A stretch of 64,000 nucleotides of DNA from the NCBI GenBank assembly GCA_018436925.1, contig JAHDKI010000012.1:4324-68323 (forward strand), given 5' to 3'. Every line of letters starts with the position of its first letter. The first letter of the stretch is position 1. The position numbers and the translations under genes are program-made. Of the stretch, positions 54,960 through 64,000 are shown in pieces. This DNA comes from Syntrophaceae bacterium (GTDB lineage: Bacteria; Desulfobacterota; Syntrophia; Syntrophales; Smithellaceae). Below the pieces are notes generated by a model. The model was not told where the DNA came from. It made no database searches and worked only from the letters and a program-made list of their open reading frames with translations.

Positions 54960-55640
54960 CTAGAGCTTCCCGTCGGACAGGAGCGCTCTTTCAATCTCCA
55001 GGATTGCGCGGCCCAACGCGGTCTCCATTTTCGAGTCCCGCTCCATGAACTCGACACTGACAAACTGAAAGGTTTTGGCGGCCGAATCGATAGGCGGGTT
55101 GTGAATGTTGCGCACCCGGGCGTCAACCCGGAAAATTCTCCCATCGACCAGCAGGCTCGTTTCGAGCGCCTGGCCGGGCTGAACCGAAACCGTCTTCGGA
55201 CAGGAAAACTTCGCCCCGCCCAGCGATATATCCAGCAAACTGACTTTCTGCTCCTGGCAAAACAGACAGATATCTGAATTCTCAGGCGGTTTCACGCGGA
55301 AATACATGCGAAAATCGGACGACTCCACACGGCCCGTTTTTTTCACCACAAGCGCCTCGACGGCGGCACCCGACGACATGGCATAATCGGATAGAATGTC
55401 GACAAAAACGGCCGGAAAACCGAAGCGCACGATCCGGTTTTCCAGCCGGACCAGATAGGTGATCCGCATCCGGCGGTTGAGATAGCGGCGATTGAGCGGG
55501 GGCGTGGTCTGCGAAATGGTCAGCAGGCCGCCTTCGACATCATAAACGGTCGCCTTGAGCACATGGGCCCCGGCTTCCTGCATTTCTTTTTCGAAAACGA
55601 GGTCAAGACGCTGCCCGGCCTTGATATCCGAATTCTTCAT
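54960..55640 (-). CDS. PilZ domain protein (YcgR-like N-domain + PilZ)
   Basis: Contains c-di-GMP binding motifs of the RxxxR type (DFRMYFR) and the D/NxSxxG type (DISLGGAKF). Confidence 0.7.
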   Translation of the reverse strand: MKNSDIKAGQRLDLVFEKEMQEAGAHVLKATVYDVEGGLLTISQTTPPLNRRYLNRRMRITYLVRLENRIVRFGFPAVFVDILSDYAMSSGAAVEALVVKKTGRVESSDFRMYFRVKPPENSDICLFCQEQKVSLLDISLGGAKFSCPKTVSVQPGQALETSLLVDGRIFRVDARVRNIHNPPIDSAAKTFQFVSVEFMERDSKMETALGRAILEIERALLSDGKL

Positions 55641-55779
55641 CCTTTACCTGTTTAGGGGCCGTATCGGTTCTTGCGACGTTCTTCTTATCAGAAACCTCCG
55701 GTCTTTCCCATACAAAATGTAAAAATGGCGGGAAGGCAGGTCCGCCGATACCGTGACGCCGGCCGTTTTTCGCCGGTCG

Positions 55780-57348
55780 TCAGACTTCCCTGGGCGCCCA
55801 ATACGCTTCGTCCACCGCGCCTTCCCGATCCTCTTTTAAAGCCTGCGGCAGGCACTCGAGAATGTCGGTCGCGGTGATGCCGTCTTGCCCTTTGAGGCGC
55901 GCGGCGATGTCGCCGGCAAGCCCGTGCAGAAAAACGCCCTTGCGGGTGGCGGCTTCGGCGGAAAGCCCCAGGCCCAGCATGGCCGCGATGCAGCCGGCCA
56001 GCACATCTCCGCTGCCGGCGGTGGCCATGCCGGGATTGCCGGTTAAATTCACATAGACCCGCCCGTCGGGGCAGCCGATGAGCGAATGCGCCCCTTTGAA
56101 AACGATCAGGGCTTTGAGTTTGGCGGCCGTCTCTCTCAACGCGCCGATTTTATCGGCATTCACCTCCGATACGGTTTTTTTCGAAAGCTTCGCCATCTCG
56201 CCCGCATGCGGCGTGAGAATCGTCGGAGCTTTTCTTTTCAGGAGCACCTCGGGCCGCTCGGCCACCGCGGTGATGCCGTCTCCGTCGATCAAAAGCGGCC
56301 TGGCGATGGCGCCGCAAAGTTCCCGGATGAGTTTTTCGGTTTCATCGTGCAGAGAAAGCCCCGGCCCCAAAACGGTCATGTCGGATTTTTCGGCCAGCGC
56401 CAGAATCTCGGGCTTGGCTTTGAGCGAAAGCGAAAAAGCCGCCGTCTCCCGCTGCGGCAGATAAACGATCTCGCGGCCGGATTGCGCGATAAACGGGATC
56501 ACCGACGCGGGCGCGGCAAGCCTCGCATAGCCGCCTCCTGATTTCAGATGCGCCATGGCGGAAAAATACGGCGCGCCGAAATAGTTGCCCGAGCCGGCCA
56601 CGAACAGCACATCGCCCACCGACCCCTTGTAGGCTTCGGCCCGGCGCGTCGGCAGCGCAATGCGTCCGTTGGTCGCGACGGTCAGGCTTTCATCCTCAAT
56701 CAACCCGGGTGGAAACGAAATGTGCGAAACAAACAAACGCCCGCCGCGCTCATAGCCGGGGTACAAAAGATTCCCGATCTTCGGCAGGCCGAAGGCGACG
56801 GTTCGATCCGCCCGGACGGCCGCACCCATCACCCGGCCCGAATTGCCGCATATTCCTGACGGGATATCGAGGCTCAGCACCGGCTTTCCCGCGGCATTGA
56901 TCAATTCGATGACCTCGGCCGCCAGCCCCTTCACGTCGCGCGCAAGCCCCGTGCCGAAAATCGCGTCCACAACGGCATCGGCATGCAGAATGTCTTGTCT
57001 GGCTTCGGAGGCGCGGGAAAGAAGCTGCACGTCGAGCGACAGATTGCAAACGATCTCGTAGTTGGTTTTAGCGGCGCCGGTGTATTTCTTGGGAGAGGCG
57101 GTCAAAAAAACCTTCACCGACCCGCCTTTGGAGTGGATCAGTCTGGCCAGGGCCAGGCCGTCGCCGCCGTTGTTGCCGGCGCCGCTGAACACAAGAATTT
57201 TCCGGCCGGCCAAGGCGCCGATCTGATTTTCCAAAACCTTCAACGCCGCATGCGCCGCGTTTTCCATCAGGATCGCCTCGGCAATGCCGTAATCCTCGAT
57301 CGCCCGCCGGTCCATCTCCCGCATTTGCTCCACCGTGGCCAGTTTCAT
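55780..57348 (-). CDS. nnr: bifunctional NAD(P)H-hydrate epimerase / ADP-dependent dehydratase
   Basis: 522 aa with an N-terminal YjeF_N domain (GAGNNGGDG) and a C-terminal carbohydrate-kinase-like domain (GSGDVLAG). Confidence 0.9.
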   Translation of the reverse strand: MKLATVEQMREMDRRAIEDYGIAEAILMENAAHAALKVLENQIGALAGRKILVFSGAGNNGGDGLALARLIHSKGGSVKVFLTASPKKYTGAAKTNYEIVCNLSLDVQLLSRASEARQDILHADAVVDAIFGTGLARDVKGLAAEVIELINAAGKPVLSLDIPSGICGNSGRVMGAAVRADRTVAFGLPKIGNLLYPGYERGGRLFVSHISFPPGLIEDESLTVATNGRIALPTRRAEAYKGSVGDVLFVAGSGNYFGAPYFSAMAHLKSGGGYARLAAPASVIPFIAQSGREIVYLPQRETAAFSLSLKAKPEILALAEKSDMTVLGPGLSLHDETEKLIRELCGAIARPLLIDGDGITAVAERPEVLLKRKAPTILTPHAGEMAKLSKKTVSEVNADKIGALRETAAKLKALIVFKGAHSLIGCPDGRVYVNLTGNPGMATAGSGDVLAGCIAAMLGLGLSAEAATRKGVFLHGLAGDIAARLKGQDGITATDILECLPQALKEDREGAVDEAYWAPREV

Positions 57349-57469
57349 ACTTGTCTCTCCCGGGGATTTTCACAATTTCTTGTGAAAAAGAATTTTGGCT
57401 AGTATAAGACTCTCCGGATGATTTGCAATATGAAATAATTTTTCACGGAAGATTTTTCAAGGACATCCC

Positions 57470-58315
57470 ATGACCTCGATTTCCAAAATCATCAGCGCAC
57501 GATACTCATGCCGGTCGTTTACCGGCACCCCGGTTGACAAAGAGACGCTTGACGCCCTGGCCGATCGGGTCGCAAGCCCGCAGCGCGGGCCTTTCGGAAA
57601 CATGCCGCGCTTTTCGCTTTTGTCGATGGACTCTGTGTCCCGGGATGAATGGCGGCGGCTGGGCACTTACGGCGTCGTCAAAAACGCCCGGATGTATCTG
57701 GCGGGGATGATCCGGCCCGCGCCGCAAGCCGCCTGCGATTTCGGCTACTGTATGGAAAAACTCATCCTGGAGGCGACACGCCTGTCGATTTCGACCTGCT
57801 GGCTGGGCGGCACGTTTTCCGTCGGCGCCTTTGCCGCCGCCGCGGGTCTTCGCGACGGGGAAGACCTGCCGTGCGTCAGTCCGATAGGCTACAGCGCAAA
57901 CCAAAAAAGTCTGACCGAAAGGCTGCTTCGGCGGATCGCGGGGTCCGACGCCCGCAAACCGTGGCGGGAGCTTTTCTTTATCGATCGTCCCGGCACGCCG
58001 CTTTCTTCCGCCGACGCCGGCCCTTACGCCGAAGCGCTCGAAAACGTAAGGCTCGCGCCTTCCGCCTCCAACAAGCAGCCATGGCGAATCGTCCGCCACG
58101 AAGACAGACAGGCCTTCACTTTCTATCTGTCTCCCGCTTTCGGCTACCGGCGGATCAAGAAGATCGCTTTGCAGGAAATCGACCTGGGAATCGCCATGAG
58201 CCACTTCGATCTGACGGTCAAGGAACTGGGACTTCAAGGAACCTGGCTGCAGGAAAACGACGCGCGGGTCATTGAGTCGTGGGACTATATCGCGACCTGG
58301 CAGGCCGCAGACTAA
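57470..58315 (+). CDS. nitroreductase family protein
   Basis: N-terminus RYSCRSFTGTPV and SASNKQPW, typical of FMN nitroreductases. Confidence 0.75.
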   Translation: MTSISKIISARYSCRSFTGTPVDKETLDALADRVASPQRGPFGNMPRFSLLSMDSVSRDEWRRLGTYGVVKNARMYLAGMIRPAPQAACDFGYCMEKLILEATRLSISTCWLGGTFSVGAFAAAAGLRDGEDLPCVSPIGYSANQKSLTERLLRRIAGSDARKPWRELFFIDRPGTPLSSADAGPYAEALENVRLAPSASNKQPWRIVRHEDRQAFTFYLSPAFGYRRIKKIALQEIDLGIAMSHFDLTVKELGLQGTWLQENDARVIESWDYIATWQAAD

Positions 58316-58320
58316 AGGCG

Positions 58321-58355
58321 CCTTCCGCCTTCCGCCTTACACCTCACCCCCTACA
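58321..58355. repeat. 7-nt tandem array, 5 units (CCTTCCG x2, CCTTACA, CCTCACC, CCCTACA)
   Basis: Read directly from the sequence. It occupies the gap between the convergent nitroreductase and ADH genes and overlaps the ADH stop. Confidence 0.8.
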
Positions 58356-59376
58356 TGATCAGCACTTTCGCACCCCGGTTTTGGCCCGCCTTTAAGTCCG
58401 CAAGCGCCCGGTTGGCCTCGGCAAAAGGATATTCCTGCACCTCGGGCACAATCGGGATCCGGTCGGCAAGAGCCAGAAATTCTTCAATGTCCCGGCTTGC
58501 GACGTTGGCCACGCTTTTGATCTCTTTTTCCCGCCACAGATGTTCGGCATAGTCCAGGCGGGCCAGTTCGTGTTTATCCGCCTGTTCCTTGCGGATGGCG
58601 TTCACCACCAGCCTGCCTCCGGGCGCAAGATTCGCCAGCGCCGCCACCATGGGCTTCCAGGCGGGCGTCGTGTCGATGATGGCCGCAGGACGCCGGGGCG
58701 GCGTATCGCCTGTCTCCCCGACCCAATCCGCTCCGAGGAACCCGGCAAAGCGCCTTTGCGCCTCCGAACGGGCAAAAACATAACATTTTGACGAGGGGTA
58801 CAGATGGCGGGCCAGTTGTAAAACCAGGTGCGCCGAAGCGCCGAATCCGGTCATCCCCAGCACGTCGCCGTCTTTGAGGCCGCAAAGCCGAAGCGAGCGC
58901 CAGCCGATCGCGCCGGCGCATAAAAGCGGCGCGGCCTGCGCGTCGGTAAAGTTCCCGGGAATCGTAAAGGCGAAACGCTCCGAAACGACAACATACTGCG
59001 CGTAGCCGCCCGGCAGGTCCCGGCCGGTGGCCTGAAAGTCCGGGCAGAGGTTATCGTCACCTGCAATGCAGGCCGGACACGATCCGCAGGCGTAACCGAT
59101 CCATCCGATGCCCACCCGGGCGCCGATCGGATGGACGCTTGCGCCCGGCCCCGGGGCTTCGACGCGGCCGACAATCTGGTGGCCTAAAATAAAGGGAAAG
59201 GAGACGGGCGGGGTGCGCCCTTCGATTTCGTCAAGTTCGGTGTGGCACACGCCGCAGGCCGACACCCGGACCAGGATCTGCCCCGGACCGGGAGCCGGTG
59301 TTGGAAGCTCGACAAAAGAAAGCGGCCGGGGATTGTCCCGAATGGTCGCAACAGCTTCCAGGACGGCCGCTTTCAT
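58351..59376 (-). CDS. zinc-dependent alcohol dehydrogenase family protein
   Basis: Contains CGVCHTELDE, structural-zinc cysteines (CGSCPAC..C) and a GFGASAH Rossmann segment. Confidence 0.85.
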   Translation of the reverse strand: MKAAVLEAVATIRDNPRPLSFVELPTPAPGPGQILVRVSACGVCHTELDEIEGRTPPVSFPFILGHQIVGRVEAPGPGASVHPIGARVGIGWIGYACGSCPACIAGDDNLCPDFQATGRDLPGGYAQYVVVSERFAFTIPGNFTDAQAAPLLCAGAIGWRSLRLCGLKDGDVLGMTGFGASAHLVLQLARHLYPSSKCYVFARSEAQRRFAGFLGADWVGETGDTPPRRPAAIIDTTPAWKPMVAALANLAPGGRLVVNAIRKEQADKHELARLDYAEHLWREKEIKSVANVASRDIEEFLALADRIPIVPEVQEYPFAEANRALADLKAGQNRGAKVLIM

Positions 59377-59380
59377 GGTT

Positions 59381-60772
59381 TTATTTCAGCGCCGCGGGCG
59401 CTTTTTGCGGCACATCGACCGTCTGGATGTAACGGTCCATCACCTCGCGCGTGTCGTTGACGCGAAGTTTGTCGAACAAAAACGCGAACTGTTTTTCCAG
59501 CTCGTCGCAAATGCCGCCGCGGATTTCCGCCGGCAAATGCCACAGATCGAGTTTGAAGGGACCGAATCCTTTTTTGCGGGTTTTGTAGATAAACTGCTCT
59601 TCGGTATCTTTTTCCTTCCATTCATTCTTCATGTTGATTTTAAGATGATCGTAGATTTTGGCCCGCAAATCGGCTGGAAATTTTTTGCTGTCGTAAATCA
59701 TGTTCTGGAACCCGGTGGCCAGGTGAATTTCAGCGGTTCCGGTGGCGGGAAAACGGTCGAAGGCCTCATCCGGCAGTGTGGACGCGCCATGCTGAACCGC
59801 GCCGGAAAGGCCGTACTGCGAGCGGGCCGTCTCGGAGAGTTTTTCTAAAACATCAAAGTCGATCTTCACTTTGGCGACCGTCCCGTCGGCCAGCGGAACG
59901 CCGCCGTGCGTCGTTCCGGTCTGAACGCTGATCTTGCTGATGCCCTTGAAGGCGTCGCCCCGCTTTTTCAATTCCTCGAGATAACCGTCCATGAACGCCT
60001 GCAATTCCTCAACCGTGCTGTTCTTGCCGCCGACCTCCCCGATTTCACCGCCTACGGAGACAGTCACTCCTTCCGGTTCCAGATCGCGGATCATCATGGT
60101 GAGCTCCGCCGCAAGCGTATAGTTGGTTTCCTGCTGAAGGCTCACGGTGGAACGCGATAGATCGACCAGCGTCGAGGTGTCGATGTCGATATTGTAAAAC
60201 CCCGCCTCGATGCCTTCCCAGATGAGATTTTTGACTGTTTGCGTCTCCTTGTCCGCGTCGGCGGCGAACTTTTTAGCATTGATCTGAAAGTGGTCCCCCT
60301 GCAGAAACACGGGGCCCCTCCACCCGGCTTTCACGGCCGCCGCCAAAACGGCGCAGGTATATTCGCGCGGACGTTGCAGGGTGTAGTCGATTTCGGAGCG
60401 GGCGATCTCGAAGATGACGGGACCGACCTTTCCCTTCATCGCGGCGCGAAACACGGCCTGGGCGACATCGTAGGTGATGCCGCGGAGGTTGATCGCCGGA
60501 ACGGTAAAACCGCCGATTTCCTTTCGCCCCATCGCCTCATACAGCGACTGGATCGACGCGGAGAAAATGCCCAGCGCCGCCGCGCCGCGCCGGATCAGAA
60601 AGCAGGCCGCATCCGAGACGGCCGCATCGGGACTGAAGACGACCGTATAGATCAAGTCGTCAATCAACTTCGACTGAAACGACGCTTCATCGATCAGACG
60701 CACATCGTCGCCGTCTGCTTCAATGATCGTTTCACAGGCTTTCTTCAATTGATCTTTGTTTTCGTAAATCAT
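59381..60772 (-). CDS. fba: class II fructose-bisphosphate aldolase (long form)
   Basis: Has aldolase class II-like segments (FLQGDHF, VQHGASTLP). Adjacent to fbp. Start chosen at MIYENK, which has AAGGAG 6 nt upstream. Confidence 0.65.
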   Translation of the reverse strand: MIYENKDQLKKACETIIEADGDDVRLIDEASFQSKLIDDLIYTVVFSPDAAVSDAACFLIRRGAAALGIFSASIQSLYEAMGRKEIGGFTVPAINLRGITYDVAQAVFRAAMKGKVGPVIFEIARSEIDYTLQRPREYTCAVLAAAVKAGWRGPVFLQGDHFQINAKKFAADADKETQTVKNLIWEGIEAGFYNIDIDTSTLVDLSRSTVSLQQETNYTLAAELTMMIRDLEPEGVTVSVGGEIGEVGGKNSTVEELQAFMDGYLEELKKRGDAFKGISKISVQTGTTHGGVPLADGTVAKVKIDFDVLEKLSETARSQYGLSGAVQHGASTLPDEAFDRFPATGTAEIHLATGFQNMIYDSKKFPADLRAKIYDHLKINMKNEWKEKDTEEQFIYKTRKKGFGPFKLDLWHLPAEIRGGICDELEKQFAFLFDKLRVNDTREVMDRYIQTVDVPQKAPAALK

Positions 60773-60804
60773 GCGTGGCTCCTTCATGTTTGACTCTGTT
60801 GGGT

Positions 60805-61743
60805 TTACGCAGACAGGAAGTTTCCCGCCAGGGTGACCTCGGAGGCCGACCCGATGTAAACCGGGGAACATTGATTGACCTGGGTCACCTTCACATCCAG
60901 AATGTCCTTCCTTCCGTCGGTGGCCCGACCGCCGGCCTGCTCCATGATAAATGCCATCGGCTGGAGTTCGAACAAAAGCCGGAGCTTGCCCTGGGGCGAT
61001 TTCTTCAAGGCGGGATAGGTAAACAGACCGCCGCGTTTAATGATGACCTGATTGATGTCGGGCACGAACCCGCCGCTGTAGCGCAGTTTGTAGCCGTCGT
61101 GTTCGAGTTTTTCGATGAATTGCAGGTGCGCGTCCGGCCAGTCTTTGCGCAAACCGCCCGGAGAAAAAATCGACCCCTTGTCCTTGAGTTTGATGTTTTC
61201 TTCGGACAGAACATATTCGCCTTCGCGGTCCAGCACGAATTCGTGCGCGCCTTTGCCCGCCGCGTAGATCATCGTGATGAGCGGGCCGTAGGTCATGTAC
61301 AGCGCCGCGACCATGGAGTTGCGGCCGCAATCGAAAACGGATGACTTGTGGATGCCGATGATCGTGCCGATCGCGAGGTTGGTGTCCACCAGCGACGAGC
61401 CGTCGAGCGGATCGGCGGTGACAATGTATTGTTCTTTCCCCTGGCCGACATTGACGACGGATTCGCGCTCCTCGGAGGCGTATTCTTTGACGAAACCCGA
61501 CTGCTGGAGTTTGTTTTTCAGAATCTCGTCGGCAATCCGGTCCAGCGCCAGCTGCTCTTCGCCGTAAACGTTCTTAAACCCGGCAAGTTTGCGGTTGGAT
61601 TCCTGAATTTTCGCCGAGATATACTTGCCCATCACGGCGATCTGCCAGATGAGTCGCCTTAACTCCACTTCGATGCCCGCCATCCACATGTGACGTCTGA
61701 GATCGACGAGATGCCTGGTGTAATCCTGCTCGGATTCGCTCAT
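60805..61743 (-). CDS. fbp: fructose-1,6-bisphosphatase class 1
   Basis: 312 aa with FBPase signature regions (TADPLDGSS, YSGGFVPD). Confidence 0.85.
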   Translation of the reverse strand: MSESEQDYTRHLVDLRRHMWMAGIEVELRRLIWQIAVMGKYISAKIQESNRKLAGFKNVYGEEQLALDRIADEILKNKLQQSGFVKEYASEERESVVNVGQGKEQYIVTADPLDGSSLVDTNLAIGTIIGIHKSSVFDCGRNSMVAALYMTYGPLITMIYAAGKGAHEFVLDREGEYVLSEENIKLKDKGSIFSPGGLRKDWPDAHLQFIEKLEHDGYKLRYSGGFVPDINQVIIKRGGLFTYPALKKSPQGKLRLLFELQPMAFIMEQAGGRATDGRKDILDVKVTQVNQCSPVYIGSASEVTLAGNFLSA

Positions 61744-61798
61744 GCGTTTTGCTCCTTCCCGACCGGTTGGCGTCCTGGCCGATGTTCCGGCCCTTGCG

Positions 61799-63817
61799 TC
61801 AATTATTTTTTCCCGCCAGAATTTTTTCCAGCGTGCTTTTTAATTCATTGAGCGAATACGGCTTTACCATGGCGCCGACAAAACCGTATTTCCAGTATTC
61901 CTCGATCACCGGATCGTTCATGTAACCGCTGGAAATCAGCGCTTTGACGCCGGGATACGCAGCCAGCCAACGGCGGATCGCCGTTTCGCCGCCTTCGTCG
62001 CCGCGCATGGTCAGATCCATAATGATGAGCGAAAAGGGTTTGTCGGCCCGCATGGCCTCGCCGTAGAGATCCATCGCCTCGTCGTGCGACGACGCCGTGG
62101 CGACGTCGTATCCCAAATGCTTGAGCATGCTGCCGGTGACGTCCAGAAGAATCTGCTCGTCATCGACGAGCAGCACCCGGTGACGGCCCGCGGCATCGGA
62201 TACTTGTTCGGGCGCCGGTTTGTCCTCCTGCTTGTGGCCGTTGGAGGCGGGAATGTAAACCGTGAAGGTCGTTCCCTCGCCGGGGGTCGATTCGACAAAA
62301 ATCATGCCTTCGTGGCTTTTCACAATGGTGTAGCAGATCGCCAGCCCCAGCCCCATTCCCTTGATGCTGCCCATCTGTTTGGTTGTAAAGTAAGGATCGA
62401 ATAACTTTTTGAGATGATCCGGAGAAATCCCCACGCCGTGATCGCGAACATACCAGCGGATGTAGTTGCCCGCCGCAAGCGGCGGAAGGTCGCGGTCGCG
62501 CAGGCTGACGTTGGCCGCGCCGATCTCAATGCTGCCGCCTTGCGGCATGGCTTCCACCGCGTTGGTCACCAGCGAGTGAACCACCTGATGCATCTGACCT
62601 TCGTCGATTTGCGCCGCCCAGAGCTCATCGGAAAGATCATACACGCAGCGGATGTTCTTGCCGCTGAGCGTAAACCCGACCGCTTCGCGCAGCACCGACG
62701 CAATGGAGGCGGTCTTGCGCATCGGGGAGCCGCCCCGGGAGTAGGCCAGAAGCTTCCGGGTCAGATTCTTGGCCCGGACACAATGCTCTTCGGCCGCGGT
62801 CAGGCGCTCGTAAACCGGGCTTTGGGCCGACACGTCCATTTTGGCCAGCGCCAGGGATCCGAAAACGCTGGTGAGAATGTTGTTGAAATCGTGCGCAATT
62901 CCGCCTGCCAGCAGACCGATGGATTCCAGCTTCTGCGCCTTGGCCAGTTCGGCCTCCATATAGCGGCGCACGGTGATATCCCGGCCCAGCATTTCAAAAT
63001 ACACAATCCGGCCGTCCGGGTCGCGAACCGCAATGGCGGTAAATTCCATGATGACCGTTCGACCGTCGCTCGCCGTGCATTCCACGACGATGTTTTTCAG
63101 GACATCCTTGCCTGAAGACACGTCTCCGGCGGCGGACAGCCACTCGCGCACATAGTTTTTGTTAAACATGCGAAGCGCCACAGAGGGATCCGACAGGTAG
63201 TCTTCCAGACGGTACCCCAAAATTTTTTCCGCGGCTTCATTTTGATAGGAAATCCGGCCGTCGGGCCAAATGCGCAGGATCGCCTCATCGGCATATTGAG
63301 TGATCCGGCGATAAACGTCTTTCATCTCCTGATGTTCTTCGGAAAGCCGCGACTGCGCCGTGATGTCCCGGATAAGGGCGGCGATGGCGATCATCTTTCC
63401 TGCGGCGTCAAAAAGGGGGGCCGCGTCGATGGAGAAAGATTTCTTGCGAACCGAATCGAAATCCATCACGCAGGTCTTTTCCGCAATCGGCCGGCCGGCC
63501 TGCAGGATCCATCCGAAAACCGGGTCGTCTTCCACGCCCTGCTCTGAAACACAACGGATTTTCCAGCGGGGATCGGCATAATCTCCGCCGACCATCTCGT
63601 CTTTCGTGTACCCGGTTATTTTTTCCATGCCGGGGTTGATGTAAAGAATTTTGCCGCCGCAATCGACAATCATCAGACCGTCGGAAACCATGCCCAAAAG
63701 TTGAAGCCCCAACTCCCGTTCCCGTTCCAATCGGGCGTTTTTTTCTTCAAGATTCTTGACCCGCAGCCGAAGCGCGTCAGCCGAGAGGGTGTCCGCCATG
63801 TTCCCCAAACCTTTCAA
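61799..63817 (-). CDS. hybrid sensor histidine kinase (coiled coil + 2 PAS + HisKA + HATPase + receiver)
   Basis: H-box IAHDFNNILT, G-boxes (GMGLGLA, GEGTTF) and a C-terminal REC domain (VLLVDDEQ...IMDLTM). The start may be Met7 (63799). Confidence 0.85.
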   Translation of the reverse strand: MKGLGNMADTLSADALRLRVKNLEEKNARLERERELGLQLLGMVSDGLMIVDCGGKILYINPGMEKITGYTKDEMVGGDYADPRWKIRCVSEQGVEDDPVFGWILQAGRPIAEKTCVMDFDSVRKKSFSIDAAPLFDAAGKMIAIAALIRDITAQSRLSEEHQEMKDVYRRITQYADEAILRIWPDGRISYQNEAAEKILGYRLEDYLSDPSVALRMFNKNYVREWLSAAGDVSSGKDVLKNIVVECTASDGRTVIMEFTAIAVRDPDGRIVYFEMLGRDITVRRYMEAELAKAQKLESIGLLAGGIAHDFNNILTSVFGSLALAKMDVSAQSPVYERLTAAEEHCVRAKNLTRKLLAYSRGGSPMRKTASIASVLREAVGFTLSGKNIRCVYDLSDELWAAQIDEGQMHQVVHSLVTNAVEAMPQGGSIEIGAANVSLRDRDLPPLAAGNYIRWYVRDHGVGISPDHLKKLFDPYFTTKQMGSIKGMGLGLAICYTIVKSHEGMIFVESTPGEGTTFTVYIPASNGHKQEDKPAPEQVSDAAGRHRVLLVDDEQILLDVTGSMLKHLGYDVATASSHDEAMDLYGEAMRADKPFSLIIMDLTMRGDEGGETAIRRWLAAYPGVKALISSGYMNDPVIEEYWKYGFVGAMVKPYSLNELKSTLEKILAGKNN

Positions 63818-64000
63818 ATCCGCCGGGACTCGACCCGGCTAGACGATGAAATCGTACCCGCAAAACCGGTTTTTATTAACCAATAATGGCCGCATTGACA
63901 AGCAAATATTTCAAAAAACCTTCTCACAACGCACATCTGCAATATCGATGCCGACCGGACGTCCATGCCGGAGGCGTCTTTGCGCGCCCAGGATAAATCC

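Overview
This is a GC-rich bacterial chromosomal segment. Gene content suggests a Desulfobacterota/deltaproteobacterium-like anaerobe, but that is inference and no database search was possible. The window is densely coding and mostly housekeeping:
- proC-yggT-yggU-murJ-serS, a pabB/pabC fusion, and a MarR plus ADP-forming acyl-CoA synthetase pair
- ychF, a dapL-like aminotransferase and dapF
- a complete 14-gene type II secretion cluster on the minus strand (17.0-31.0 kb)
- a ParA-like ATPase paired with a J-like/HTH protein
- a peptidoglycan-recycling block (spoIID-like, ampG, murU, amgK), then leuS-lptE
- a three-domain GT2/HIT-like protein, an M15 peptidase, a DUF1460 protein and rpsT
- a beta-oxidation set (thiolase, acyl-CoA dehydrogenase, enoyl-CoA hydratase) and an outer-membrane beta-barrel
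- a beta-CASP RNase, a PilZ protein, nnr, a nitroreductase, a Zn-ADH, fba-fbp and a hybrid histidine kinase

Three tRNA genes are present: Ser-TGA, Ser-GCT and Arg-ACG.

Two things are not explained by ordinary annotation.
1. The tRNA-Ser locus (7.7-8.6 kb) holds an interrupted tRNA-Ser copy joined to an AT-rich GIY-YIG ORF. It also holds three tRNA 3'-half copies, each with an identical 35-nt double-hairpin insert at the same T-loop position.
2. A family of degenerate 7-nt tandem arrays, pyrimidine-rich on the + strand with CTYACGC/CTTTATC-type units, sits in at least six intergenic gaps between 36 and 58 kb.

Product calls rest on motifs recognised by eye in the supplied translations. Several start codons were re-chosen from the ORF track and remain uncertain.
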